A DNA stretch of 64,000 nucleotides from an uncultured delta proteobacterium (GCA_963711565.1 CAVQEQ010000002.1:1-64000); one strand, 5' to 3'; positions 40,630 through 50,668 are shown, counted from the first letter of the stretch. Program-made: numbers and translations. The notes: generated by a model not told the origin, from the letters alone.

Positions 40630-41610
40630 TCACGATAGGCGACTTCGCCCGTCGCGGTATGGGCGACCGTTCACGCGGCCGTTCGTTTCGTGCCCATCGT
40701 AGTGTTCAAGTCGGCTGTAAATCGTGCGGCGGCCGACGCCCAAAATCTTTGCAGCGCGGACCTTGTTGCCGCCGGCGTATGTGACCGTGCGGCAAATCAG
40801 TTCGTCGACGACATCTTTCATTGAAGAACCCAAGTGAACGATGAAGGAACTGTCCGGCCTCGCGCTCGCCTCAATCTCTGAGGGCAGGTCGCTGAGCGCC
40901 AACTGAGTCGTTTCGGAGACAATTACGGCATGCTCGATTGCGTGTTTCAATTCGCGGATGTTGCCCGGCCACCAGTAGGCGGCTAGGACGTTCAGGCAGT
41001 CATCATCGATGCTCGTGATCCGCCTGCCATGCTTTTCGTTCGTTCTTTGAATGAAATGCTCGATCAAGAAGGGCAGGTCCTCGATACGCTCTCTGAGAGG
41101 CGGAAGATGTACTGAAAAAACCTTCAGCCGAAAGTACAGGTCCTCGCGTAGCAACCCGTCTCGAAGCGCCCGGTCGATCGAACGGTTCGTCGCCGCCAAC
41201 ACCCGCACGTTGACGGGTATCTCTTTCGCACCCCCGATCCGCAGCACCGTTCCCTCCTCAAGCACACGAAGGAGCTTGGCCTGCGTTTCGCATCGCATCT
41301 CCGTAATTTCGTCGAGGAGGAGTGTTCCGCCGGACGTACTCTCGAAGAGTCCCTCGTGCCGACGATCCGCGCCTGTGAACGCGCCCTTTTCGTGGCCAAA
41401 CAACTGGCTCTCGACCAGCGTTTCAGGAATCGCGGCACAGTTGACGGGCATGTACGGACCGTCCTTGCGCCATGACAGTTGGTGAATGAGTTGAGCCGTG
41501 ATCTCTTTTCCGGTCCCGCTTTCGCCAGTGATCAGAACAGGCACATCGGAGGAGGCGATACGTTCGATCAGGCTCATGATCCGGCGCATCGGTACAGACT
41601 GGCCAATCAT
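40630..41610 (-). CDS. Sigma54-dependent activator lacking an N-terminal regulatory domain
   Basis: GESGTGKE, GHEKGAFTGA, LDEI, WPGNIREL, Fis-type HTH; AGGAG RBS before ATG 41610. Confidence 0.92.
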   Translation of the reverse strand: MIGQSVPMRRIMSLIERIASSDVPVLITGESGTGKEITAQLIHQLSWRKDGPYMPVNCAAIPETLVESQLFGHEKGAFTGADRRHEGLFESTSGGTLLLDEITEMRCETQAKLLRVLEEGTVLRIGGAKEIPVNVRVLAATNRSIDRALRDGLLREDLYFRLKVFSVHLPPLRERIEDLPFLIEHFIQRTNEKHGRRITSIDDDCLNVLAAYWWPGNIRELKHAIEHAVIVSETTQLALSDLPSEIEASARPDSSFIVHLGSSMKDVVDELICRTVTYAGGNKVRAAKILGVGRRTIYSRLEHYDGHETNGRVNGRPYRDGRSRLS

Positions 41611-41728
41611 GACGGACTCCTACGCGGATATTTTTCACCATCTCCACGCCACTCCCGCCTGTGGATAAATAGTCGCCCCGGCCTAACACGTCAACAATAA
41701 TTGAGGTATTAGGAGACGATTCCGGCGA

Positions 41729-42358
41729 ATGGGTAAAGCTAAGAAAATGGCTCGCGGCGAGAAATTTCAGTTTGTAGGCTATTATAACTGTCTCGATTTC
41801 GTTAACACGGAGTTCACGGAACAATGCGGACGGCGGATCGACTCGCTCCGGAGTTTCGCCGATCTGATTGATTGGCTTGGCGAATCGCGGCTTCTCAATC
41901 GAGCGCAGTTGCAGAACGCTCCGAAGCTGTGGGGAAGCGGGCATGCTATGGAGCGCATTTTTCAAGACGCGCTCGCCTTGCGCAGGGCGCTGCTCGCTAT
42001 GGCCGAAAAGCTGGCGACACGCCGGCGCGTGCCACGGGAATCACTTGAAGCGATCAATAAGATGATTGAAAAGCGTCCGGCCTGCGTGCTCCAAGCAAGG
42101 CGCTCAGGGCGCTTCGAGGAAATGACGCGCCTTGATTTGAACGAACCCGAGCAGTTGATGGTGCCGATCGCGCAGTCGGCAAGCGATCTGCTCTGTCACG
42201 GAGATCCAGCGCTCGTCAAACGATGCGCCAATCCCGCTTGCGGGACCTTTTTCTACGACACTTCTAAGAATCACACGCGACGATGGTGCAGCACGACCGG
42301 ATGCGGCAATCGGATGCGGGTCGCCGCGCATTATCGCCGGACTCGCGCTCTTGGCTAG
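41729..42358 (+). CDS. ABATE/CGNR zinc-finger protein
   Basis: LDFVNT, CANPAC..FYDTSKN..RRWC...CGNR. Confidence 0.9.
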   Translation: MGKAKKMARGEKFQFVGYYNCLDFVNTEFTEQCGRRIDSLRSFADLIDWLGESRLLNRAQLQNAPKLWGSGHAMERIFQDALALRRALLAMAEKLATRRRVPRESLEAINKMIEKRPACVLQARRSGRFEEMTRLDLNEPEQLMVPIAQSASDLLCHGDPALVKRCANPACGTFFYDTSKNHTRRWCSTTGCGNRMRVAAHYRRTRALG

Positions 42359-42366
42359 CGATCCGC

Positions 42367-43180
42367 TCAGGTCTCTGGCCCTTCGTTTTTAACCTGTAGG
42401 CCATACCTAGCGAGTATGGCCTGTCCCCCCGGTGTTTCGATTCCGAGGCTGGCTCCTCGCCGAAGGCCGCCCGTGTACTGAATCACGTTCCTCGATTTGG
42501 GTATCGCCCAGTCTTCCAGTCGGCGCGTGATGATCATCGTGACCTTGCCAGTCGCCGCTTTCTTCGCCAGTTCGCACGCGAAGAGCCGAGTCCGTTTTGC
42601 GGACGCGAGATGGGGTAGGACCCGATGCTCACGAAAGGAAATGGAGTGGTATGGCACCAACTCCAGCGCCGCCACTCGTTGCGAAAGATCCCGTAGAGCG
42701 TGGAGATAGCGTCCTCCGAACTTAGCATCCGCTATCGCTGTTGCCACCTCACGGAATTTCCCCTCCCACCATGTAAACCCGCTGTGCCAGCAAAACTGTG
42801 GGTCCAAATACAAGAACGGAAACTCCACCTTCGTCAAACGTTGCCGAAGATTTGATTGCAATCGCTGCCTGAATTCTGGCATGCACCATTCGGCGTAGTA
42901 ATCGATGAAATTGAGTCCCGGATTCAGCTGCAGAACGAAAAATATCTGCCCTCGCGAGGTCTCCAGCGTACGGCACCGGAAGCAAGGAGAAGTGAAGGCG
43001 AGGATCTGAGAAAGCGCCAAATCGAGGGCTCAGAACGAACCTGCGAAAGTCATACGTCGGCAAATCAGGTTTGCTCTCTGAGTACTGGGACAACACGGCA
43101 CGATCGTCAGGATGAACGAACGGGGGATTCTTCAAGTCGCACTTCGTCCAAAATTCTACGATCTGTTTGATTTGGCCCAT
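42367..43180 (-). pseudogene. UDG-superfamily (Brig1-like) protein, frameshifted in the homopolymer at 42938-42942
   Basis: Removing one base joins PVPYAGDLARADIF to VLQLNPG...ELVPYHS. Confidence 0.6.
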
Positions 43181-43300
43181 GCTCTCTTCCGCGAGTGTCG
43201 CGGCGATCCTCCTCTTCGTTGGGACCATACCATGCTGCCAGTTCGCGATCGGCGAATGACCGCCATTTTCGTCCATTGACATTGAAGCTGCCGGGGTGTG

Positions 43301-43411
43301 TGTGCCGATTCTGCACATGCACACTTCGCGACCTTGCCGAGGCTCCGAAGCGCACCGACTCCGAGCGCCATCTGCTGACGAACTTCGCCTATTTGGGGCA
43401 CCATGTTTGCA
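43301..43411 (+). promoter_or_regulatory. Sigma54 -24/-12 promoter with candidate upstream enhancer
   Basis: GGGCAC-CATGT-TTGCA 43396-43411; TGTGC-N7-GCACA 43301-43317. Confidence 0.55.
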
Positions 43412-43480
43412 CTCCGAGACTACTCGACAGATGCGGATGTGCGGCGCGGGCGGTCACTTCATCTCTTGGAGGAGCCTCAA

Positions 43481-43831
43481 ATGCCCGAGCTCAAAAATCC
43501 CGAGGCGAAACAGACTGATCAGATTCCCTCGATTCTCGCCGGCTACCTAACGCCAACGAATTTGGCTCAAGCGCTCGGAGTCTCAGAGCGCACGGTAGCT
43601 CGCTGGCATCGTTTCCGAGAGGGTCCACCACGCGTCGAAATCGGGCGCAAAGTCTTCTATCGTCTCGAGTCCGTCAACGCATGGATCGCGTCGTGTGAAC
43701 GCCACGAAGCGAGAGCCGATCGGGTCAGGCGAAGACCGCGCTTGCGCGCGGTCGAGCCGTCACGTGTTTCGGTCTCGATGCAGGGGAACGACGTCGGCGC
43801 GCTTCCGGGACCGAGCGGCAGCCACAATTGA
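43481..43831 (+). CDS. AlpA/excisionase-type HTH protein (recombination directionality factor)
   Basis: YLTPTNLAQALGVSERTVARW..GPP...GRKVFY; GGAGGAG RBS; convergent with integrase. Confidence 0.82.
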   Translation: MPELKNPEAKQTDQIPSILAGYLTPTNLAQALGVSERTVARWHRFREGPPRVEIGRKVFYRLESVNAWIASCERHEARADRVRRRPRLRAVEPSRVSVSMQGNDVGALPGPSGSHN

Positions 43832-44962
43832 AGCGAAACGATTCGTTGCCTGACGCAGCGGATCGTCGGCCAAATGCGCGTAGCGCGCTGTGGTCTGCGG
43901 CTGAGTGTGCCCGAGTAGGCGTCCTACGATGGGAAGCGACATTCCGGACGAGACCAAGTGACTTGCGTAGGTATGCCGGAGGTCGTGAAGGCGCACGTTT
44001 TTCAGATGCGCCAGTTTACAAAGCGCCATCCACACGCGCTTAATTTCCTGAGTCGGTTTGCCGGCCACTTCGCCAGGGAAGAGATAAGGACTGTCGCTTT
44101 TTTCTTTCATAGAAACGAGAAGTTGCACGGCAGGGGCACTTAACGGCACATGTTCGGTACGCTTCTGTTTCGTGTGATGGCTGGGCTTTGTCCAAACGCC
44201 GAGCTCCAGATTAAATTCAGCCCAGGTTGCCGTCAGCGCTTCGCCCTTTCGGGCGCCGGTCAACAGCATTAGACGGATCGCATTTGCAGAGGACTGGTTC
44301 GGATGCTTGTCCAAGGCGTCGCAGAGATGCTCGATTTCTTCGGTCGAAAGCCAGCGGTCGCGCTTCTCCTCGCGATATTTCGGGACTCCCTCGCACGGGT
44401 TGTCCGCACGCCATTCCCAGTGCTTCGCCAGGTTCAGCATTTTGCTGAGGAGCGCGCGGACTCTGTTAGCTTGATACGGCGAATCCTTAAGCGATTGGTG
44501 CAGCTCCTCGACATCGCGACGCTTCAGATCGGCAACCTTGATCTTGCCGATCTTGGGGAGAACGTCGTTACGCGCCATGCTTTCGTTCGACCTAATTGTG
44601 TTCGGTCGCAGATAAATCTTCGCGTGCCGTTCCATGTAATCGTTGAACAGGTCTTCGATTGTCGGCGCTTCGCGACGGTGCTCTTTCTCGGCGAGCGGAT
44701 CTTCGCCCGTGCGAAGACCGCCGCGGAGCTGAATGGCCTCCTCGCGAGCAGCCGCGGCGCTGAGTTCGGGATATCGGCCGATCGTGTAGCGTCGCTTTCG
44801 TTCATTGATCCGATAGTCGAGGACGAAGGAGATTACGGAGTTGGCCGTGATGCGCACGCCGAAGCCAGGAATCTCTTCGTCGTACAAGATGCGGCTTCCG
44901 GTGTGCGGCGCCTTGAGCGAGCGTATGATCTTTTCAGTTATGCGGTCTGCCGATACAGCCAT
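43760..44962 (-). CDS. Tyrosine integrase with arm-binding domain
   Basis: GFGVR...TIGRYP, TGARKGE, HDLRH, LGH...TARYAH. Confidence 0.95.
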   Translation of the reverse strand: MAVSADRITEKIIRSLKAPHTGSRILYDEEIPGFGVRITANSVISFVLDYRINERKRRYTIGRYPELSAAAAREEAIQLRGGLRTGEDPLAEKEHRREAPTIEDLFNDYMERHAKIYLRPNTIRSNESMARNDVLPKIGKIKVADLKRRDVEELHQSLKDSPYQANRVRALLSKMLNLAKHWEWRADNPCEGVPKYREEKRDRWLSTEEIEHLCDALDKHPNQSSANAIRLMLLTGARKGEALTATWAEFNLELGVWTKPSHHTKQKRTEHVPLSAPAVQLLVSMKEKSDSPYLFPGEVAGKPTQEIKRVWMALCKLAHLKNVRLHDLRHTYASHLVSSGMSLPIVGRLLGHTQPQTTARYAHLADDPLRQATNRFASIVAAARSRKRADVVPLHRDRNT

Positions 44963-44964
44963 TC

Positions 44965-45105
44965 TGTGTCACCACTGTGTCACCAAGAAATGTGATCTGA
45001 GTGGCTTTGATTATGACTCCAAATCAGCAGGCTGTCAATGAATGGCGTTGATTTATCAGGCTATAAATGCGGGTGGTCGAATTGTTGTGTCACCACGTAT
45101 CACCA
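44965..45105 (+). repeat. Integrase arm-type direct repeats TGTGTCACCA
   Basis: Copies at 44965-44974, 44976-44985 and 45086-45095, plus degenerate GTATCACCA at 45097-45105. Confidence 0.75.
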
Positions 45106-45123
45106 AATTTCGGTATGGCCAGC

Positions 45124-45170
45124 GATTCGTAATCAGCAGGTCGCCGGTTCGAATCCGGCGGGTTGCTCCA
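45124..45170 (+). other. att site: 3' half of tRNA-Thr(CGT), not an intact tRNA
   Basis: Anticodon loop TTCGTAA, T-arm GCCGG-TTCGAAT-CCGGC, CCA end; no D-arm or 5' acceptor strand upstream. Confidence 0.85.
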
Positions 45171-45206
45171 GTAAATCCTCCGGGCCAAATCTACTGATTT
45201 TCCGCT

Positions 45207-48200
45207 TCAACGAACGAGCGTAGGAATTGGACTCTTGGGATCAGAGGCAGAGATTGAAGTTGACTTGAGGTCAGCCAAAAGGGACTTTGCGGCCAGGAGC
45301 TCCGGGCAATCAGATCCTTCGCCGAACCAATCGTGAATGGGTTCTAACAGACGAAGCGCCTCTGCTTGTCTCCGACTGCCCATGAGCATGCGGCTCAAGC
45401 TGTTCGCCGCGCGCAATTCCAGAGTCTTCGCGCCGCGCTCGCGAGCAATGTCTATAGCCTTCATAAAGCTCTGCTCGGCCTCGGACTCAGCCTTCGCGAC
45501 GTTGGCCGGAGTGGAAGAGCCGCGCGCCACCTGCTTGAGCTTCAATTCGCCGTGAATCCGATGTATTTCAGATTCCACGTATCGCTCATCGTTACGTTCC
45601 ATCACCTCGCGAGCTTCGGCTAGCAACGCCAACGCTACATCGACTTGTCCGAGATTGCCCAGTGCTTCGGCCGTGGCCGATCGAGCCCAGGTATGCGCCA
45701 GCTCGTAGCCGGCGGCTGAATACCCGCCAGGGTTGCCACCGCCTGCCGTCAACTGATCTATTCGTCCCTGAGCTGCCGAACCGATAGCGCGATAAGCAAT
45801 CAGCGATTCCGCGAAGAAAGAAAATCCATACTCTTGGGTAAGTGTCAGGCCTTCGGTGACTACTCTTTCCGCGCCCGCATAGTCGTGGCGCATCGTGTAG
45901 TACATGCCGATCATGGAGAGGCACCATGTGAGAGTGAATGGATATCCCAAGTCGCGGGCAAGGCTGATGGCCTCTTGCGCTTCTTTCTCGGCTTGATCCG
46001 GATAACCAAGAGTCCAAAGTGTCATCGCGTCAAAACAGTGACAACTCACGGCGGGGTCTTGCCCGAATTGAAACGCCAACGCTCGATGCCTTTGCCGATC
46101 GTACAACCCGCGCCCTCGCTCGAAACTAGCGTGCGCTTCGGCGAATTGGCCCTTGAAAAATCGACTGCAGCCTGAGGCCCACGCGGCTTGAATCACCATT
46201 CCTTCATTCTGCATGCGCGGCGCCAGACGAGACATTTCATCGGTATAACTGATCGCCATCTCGTGCTCGCCGCGAACCAGATGGTAACTCCATAGCCCGG
46301 ATAGGACTGAGAAGAGCCTTGGATCATCTTCGAGACCCTGGCATAGCTCGTGAGCACGCCTATAGGTGCTTCCCATTTCGGGCGCATACCACCCTTTGGT
46401 AGCCAGCAGCGCCAAGCCATAATCGAGCTGTATATCCAGTTCGCGCCGCGCTCGCTCTTGTGAGGAGGGCAATACCTTGAGCAGCTCCAACGCATTGTGG
46501 AAATAACGAAGCGCTCCATCGTAAGCACTCTGCTTAAGTGCTTGTTGCGCGGCTAGCGCGAGGAATTGAACAGTCTTATCAGGATCAGCAGCGCGCCCCG
46601 CTTGCCAAAGGTGGTGCGCGAGATTCGCGGCTTGATCCTCGAGAGCATTGGCGTGAACGCGCTCGATTCCGCTGACGACATTGAGATGGAGCCGTTGACG
46701 ACGCGGGGCGGAGAGCTCACTGAGGACTGCACTCCGAATGAGCTCGTGCGAGAACTGGAAGGTCGCCTCCGGGTATCCCAAAGTCGAGTATATGAGACCG
46801 GCCTTTTCTACTTCCTCAACGTAATCCAGCAACGAGTCCGCATCGATGTTAGTCGAGGCCTCGAGCAGCTCGAAGGTGAACGATCTTCCCAGGACCGCGG
46901 CCGGACCCAGGATTTTTCGCGCTTCATTGCTTAGACGGGCCAGCCGCCGTCCTATGACCAGGCGCAGGCTTTGCGGCACGTCGATCTCTGCAAAATTGAG
47001 ATCCCGCCGAAACTCGCCGCTTGCATCGATAAGCTTGCCGCGCTCGACCAGATGACGGAAAAGTTCCTCGACGAAGAGCGGATTGCCGTCGGTACCCGAG
47101 TAGATAAAGTTCACGACCTCATGCGGCGGCTCTCTTCCACTTAGCGCGCGAATCATTTCAGCGACCGCAGTCTGCGGCAGGCCGCGCAGGCTGATCCGCT
47201 CGAGCATATGAATACGCAGCAACTCGTCGAGGGTCCGCGCGAGAGGTGCGGCGGAGTCGATCTCGTTGTCACGAAAGGTACCTAACAACAGAACCGGAAT
47301 GTTTGAGATCGACCGCGCGATATGATTCAGCAGCGACAAGGTCCCTTCATCGGCCCAGTGCAGGTCTTCGAACAGCAGAAGGAGCGGGCCGCTCGCCGCG
47401 GTCCTGCCGAGAAGTTCCAAAACCGCATTGAAAAGGATCCTTCGCGACTGTTCCGGCGAAAGTTCAAGAGGAGGTGGAATCTGCGGGAAAAGGCGGCGCA
47501 GCTGAGGCATCAGGCGAGCCATCTCGCCCGCGTCATCCCCCAGCGCGGCCAGGAAGGCATTCGGACTCGTCGATTGAGCCATCGCGGACTCAAGCATTTC
47601 AACGAACGGATTGAACGGAAGAGCGTTATCGCGATCGTAACAACCGCCGATAAGCGTAAAGAATCCTCGCGCCGAAGCTTCGGCCGCGAACTCGGCGGCT
47701 ATTCGGGTCTTGCCGACGCCGAGTACTCCTCCGATCATCGCCACTCGACCCTCGCCGCCGAGAACCCGCTCCAGCATTCGACGCAGTACCGATCGTTCCG
47801 CTTCTCTGCCGACAAACGTGGTGCGATCGGCGAGCGACTGCACGAGACTGGTTTCGGACCGGGAAAACACTGGCGCAGCGACTTCAGCGCCTGTCGAAGG
47901 CTTGATGGCCTCGTCGAGCGTGAATTGCCAGGTTACCCAAGTCCGTGGATTGGCAAGATAGCAGCTAAACGACCCCGTCCTGATCGATCGACCCAACAGT
48001 TCGCCCAGTTGGCTGTGATGCTCGGAAATCTTCTGCAGCGCGGATTTGATCGCACGGGTGACGTTGAGCCGCGCGCGCTCGGCTGCCGATCCTGCAAACC
48101 GGTCTCGCCCGCCGAGACCAACCGCGCCGGCGATCTCGCGCTGGAGAAAATCAATCTCGGACTCGACCTTGGCGGCGCGCGTTTCGTCACCGCGCTCGCG

Positions 48201-48593
48201 CAGGTCCTCGAGCTCCTCGCGAAGTTCGCCGAGTCTGCGCTGGTATTCCTGCTTCGCTTTGGCGTCGAGCATTTCGCCGGCGTGGCCCAGTCCACCGACG
48301 CTGACGATGGGATCGCCAAGCAGCGAAGTCTTGTCCGCGCTCTTATCTTCGGCGGGGGCGCTGGAGCCAGAACCGCTCAAGAGATCCAGTGAATGGAACT
48401 CTTCGCCGGGATGCTGCAGCAGGCGTTGAATGTAGCCGAGACCCTTGATGTCCTTGAGCGAGAACCTGGCATCGCCGTAGCCGACGGTCCAGTACTCGCC
48501 GTTGCGCGCGAATACTCCCGTCTGCGCGCCGGCAACAGGCTGCGACCTGGGATGGCTTCGAGGCTCGGTTGAGCCGCCATCTTTCTGTGTCAC
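45207..48593 (-). CDS. STAND/AAA ATPase-TPR signalling protein
   Basis: FVGREAE, GVLGVGKTR, FEDLHWAD, GNPLF, FSHELIR, LELRAA. Confidence 0.85.
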   Translation of the reverse strand: MTQKDGGSTEPRSHPRSQPVAGAQTGVFARNGEYWTVGYGDARFSLKDIKGLGYIQRLLQHPGEEFHSLDLLSGSGSSAPAEDKSADKTSLLGDPIVSVGGLGHAGEMLDAKAKQEYQRRLGELREELEDLRERGDETRAAKVESEIDFLQREIAGAVGLGGRDRFAGSAAERARLNVTRAIKSALQKISEHHSQLGELLGRSIRTGSFSCYLANPRTWVTWQFTLDEAIKPSTGAEVAAPVFSRSETSLVQSLADRTTFVGREAERSVLRRMLERVLGGEGRVAMIGGVLGVGKTRIAAEFAAEASARGFFTLIGGCYDRDNALPFNPFVEMLESAMAQSTSPNAFLAALGDDAGEMARLMPQLRRLFPQIPPPLELSPEQSRRILFNAVLELLGRTAASGPLLLLFEDLHWADEGTLSLLNHIARSISNIPVLLLGTFRDNEIDSAAPLARTLDELLRIHMLERISLRGLPQTAVAEMIRALSGREPPHEVVNFIYSGTDGNPLFVEELFRHLVERGKLIDASGEFRRDLNFAEIDVPQSLRLVIGRRLARLSNEARKILGPAAVLGRSFTFELLEASTNIDADSLLDYVEEVEKAGLIYSTLGYPEATFQFSHELIRSAVLSELSAPRRQRLHLNVVSGIERVHANALEDQAANLAHHLWQAGRAADPDKTVQFLALAAQQALKQSAYDGALRYFHNALELLKVLPSSQERARRELDIQLDYGLALLATKGWYAPEMGSTYRRAHELCQGLEDDPRLFSVLSGLWSYHLVRGEHEMAISYTDEMSRLAPRMQNEGMVIQAAWASGCSRFFKGQFAEAHASFERGRGLYDRQRHRALAFQFGQDPAVSCHCFDAMTLWTLGYPDQAEKEAQEAISLARDLGYPFTLTWCLSMIGMYYTMRHDYAGAERVVTEGLTLTQEYGFSFFAESLIAYRAIGSAAQGRIDQLTAGGGNPGGYSAAGYELAHTWARSATAEALGNLGQVDVALALLAEAREVMERNDERYVESEIHRIHGELKLKQVARGSSTPANVAKAESEAEQSFMKAIDIARERGAKTLELRAANSLSRMLMGSRRQAEALRLLEPIHDWFGEGSDCPELLAAKSLLADLKSTSISASDPKSPIPTLVR

Positions 48594-48774
48594 TCAAATC
48601 CCCTCGCTCGACTGGTCGCATCGCTCCTGATTCGACTCGAGACGAGGAATCCTGCAGGTGCGCGTCGATGCCGCCCCCCAAGACAGAACCTTGGGCGGAC
48701 GCTACCATCGTTCTTACACTGATGTAAATCTTTCGGCGGAGTATTACCTGGAAGCAGCGACTACGTGAGGCACT

Positions 48775-49506
48775 ATGGATCCCAAGGGAAAGGTGGCGTT
48801 AATCACAGGCGGCGCGCGAATCGGAAAAGTCGTCGCGGAGGCTCTGGCAAAGCGCGGATGCTCGCTGTCGTTGACCTACCGCGGCTCGCGCGCCGCCGCT
48901 GAAGCGACTGCGCAAGCGGCGAGGGTGGCGGGCGTCAAGGCAACGGTGCTTCGCGCGGACGCGACCAACGAGACTGATATCGTTGCGGCAGTCAACGATA
49001 CGGTGAAGTCGCTGGGACGCCTCGACATCCTGATCAACATGGCCGCCATTTATGAAAAGACGCCGACGCCGAACGGCACTCTGTGGTCCGCTATCCAGGA
49101 CGCGAATGCGAAGAGCGCTTTCATGTATTCGATTCATTCGGCGCCAATCATGAAACAGAATGGCGCGGGACGAATAGTAAGCTTTTCAGATTGGCTGCCG
49201 GTCACGGGGCGTCCCCGCTACAAAGACTACGTTCCGTACTATGTGTCGAAGGCCTCAGTAGCCGCGCTGACCGAGGCTTTGGCGTTGCAGCTCGCGCCGG
49301 AAATTCTCGTCAACGCTATCGCACCCGGTCCGATTCTGGCGCCGCCCGACCTGACAGCCGAAGAAAATGCACAGGTGATCGAGGCGACGCCGTTGGCGCG
49401 ATGGGGAGGCGCGGAGGAAATCGCGAAGACGGTGATGTTCTTCGTCGAGACGGATTTCGTGACCGGCGAATTTATTCGGGTTGACGGCGGCCGTCATCTT
49501 TTTTGA
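48775..49506 (+). CDS. SDR oxidoreductase (pteridine reductase-like)
   Basis: ALITGGARIG, YYVSK, VNAIAPG, VDGGRH. Confidence 0.9.
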   Translation: MDPKGKVALITGGARIGKVVAEALAKRGCSLSLTYRGSRAAAEATAQAARVAGVKATVLRADATNETDIVAAVNDTVKSLGRLDILINMAAIYEKTPTPNGTLWSAIQDANAKSAFMYSIHSAPIMKQNGAGRIVSFSDWLPVTGRPRYKDYVPYYVSKASVAALTEALALQLAPEILVNAIAPGPILAPPDLTAEENAQVIEATPLARWGGAEEIAKTVMFFVETDFVTGEFIRVDGGRHLF

Positions 49507-49518
49507 GAATTTGTAGGG

Positions 49519-50652
49519 CTAGCCCCAGACTTCCTTCGCGACTTCAACCACCAATTCGAGCTTGGCCCGCTGCTCCGCCGCCGAGATGCGATTGCCGGGC
49601 GCAGTGCTCGCAAATCCGCATTGTGGGCTGATCGAGAGCTGGTCGAGTCCGATGAATTTCGAAGCGTCGTCGATTCGGCGCTTGAGTGCGTCCTTCGATT
49701 CGAGTTCAGGAAATTTGCTCGAGACGAGTCCGAGCACCACGGTCTTGTTCTTCGGCACCAGCCGCAAAGGTTCGAAAGTTCCGGCGCGCGGCGTGTCGTA
49801 TTCCAGAAAATAAGAGTCGACTTCGATCTTGTTGAACAGCGTGTCAGCCACGAGGTCGTAGCCGCCCTCGGCGCTCCAATGACTTTGATTGTTGCCGCGG
49901 CAGATATGCATCGAGAGTTGCAGTCCCGCCGGACGCCCCGCAAACGCGCGGTTCATCACGTTGGGATACGTCTCGAGCAGCAGCTGGCGCGGGTCGTCGC
50001 CACGCTTTTGGATCGGCTCCCAGATTCGCCGGTCGCTCAGCGAAGCGAGCGTGGTCTCATCGATCTGCACGTAGGTGCATCCGGCGTCGGCAAGTACCCG
50101 CAGCTCCCGGTGGAACGCATCGACGATATCGTCCCAGAAAAGATCGATGTCGGGATACGCATCCTTGCTGATATTCTCGCGGCCCGCGCGGAAGTGGATG
50201 ATAGTCGGCGACGGTATCGTAATCTTCGGGGTGCGCTTGGTTGCCGCGCGGAGAAATTTGAAGTCGTCAACATGGATCGGAGCATGCCAGCGCATCCGCG
50301 CCTGCACTCGCGGAACGAGTAGCGGAAGCTTATGACCCTCGCGGTCGATGAAATAAACTTCGTCGATCGACGATGGATCGTAGGCGACTGTGCCACCGCC
50401 GAGGCCGCGAAAATAAAAGTCGGAGTAGAAAATCTCGCGGCGATATTCGCCATCGGTGATCGACTGCAGCCCGACGCTTTCCTGGAACGCCACCACCTCG
50501 CGAATCGACGAGTCTTCGATGGCGCGCAATTCTTCGGCGGAGATTTTGCCGGCCGCGCGGTCGGCGCGCGCCTTCAGCAGTTGCGGCGGCCGCAGCAAAC
50601 TGCCGACGTGATCGGCGCGAAAAGGAGGATCGTGTGGTGAAGCACTTGCCAT
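49519..50652 (-). CDS. Cobalamin-independent methionine synthase II family protein
   Basis: RADHVGSLLRP, TDGEYRR, HICRGN, SPQCGFAS. Confidence 0.92.
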   Translation of the reverse strand: MASASPHDPPFRADHVGSLLRPPQLLKARADRAAGKISAEELRAIEDSSIREVVAFQESVGLQSITDGEYRREIFYSDFYFRGLGGGTVAYDPSSIDEVYFIDREGHKLPLLVPRVQARMRWHAPIHVDDFKFLRAATKRTPKITIPSPTIIHFRAGRENISKDAYPDIDLFWDDIVDAFHRELRVLADAGCTYVQIDETTLASLSDRRIWEPIQKRGDDPRQLLLETYPNVMNRAFAGRPAGLQLSMHICRGNNQSHWSAEGGYDLVADTLFNKIEVDSYFLEYDTPRAGTFEPLRLVPKNKTVVLGLVSSKFPELESKDALKRRIDDASKFIGLDQLSISPQCGFASTAPGNRISAAEQRAKLELVVEVAKEVWG

Positions 50653-50668
50653 TGAATTTTCCTGATCG

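Larger units (their letters stand above)
1..45170. mobile_element. Integrative conjugative element / defence island (left end outside window), integrated at tRNA-Thr(CGT)
   Basis: Trb T4SS genes, ssb/ardC, integrase plus excisionase, terminal tRNA 3' fragment with arm-type repeats; housekeeping and metabolic genes resume after 45170. Confidence 0.88.

Noticed and set aside
45100-45170. Intact tRNA-Thr gene
   Set aside because: No D-arm or 5' acceptor strand upstream of the anticodon arm; treated as an att duplication.
2420-49320. Other GTCAAC/GTTGAC sites as lesions (e.g. 2426, 24096, 41440, 44259, 49309)
   Set aside because: They encode family-conserved Asn or Leu, so they are probably genuine.
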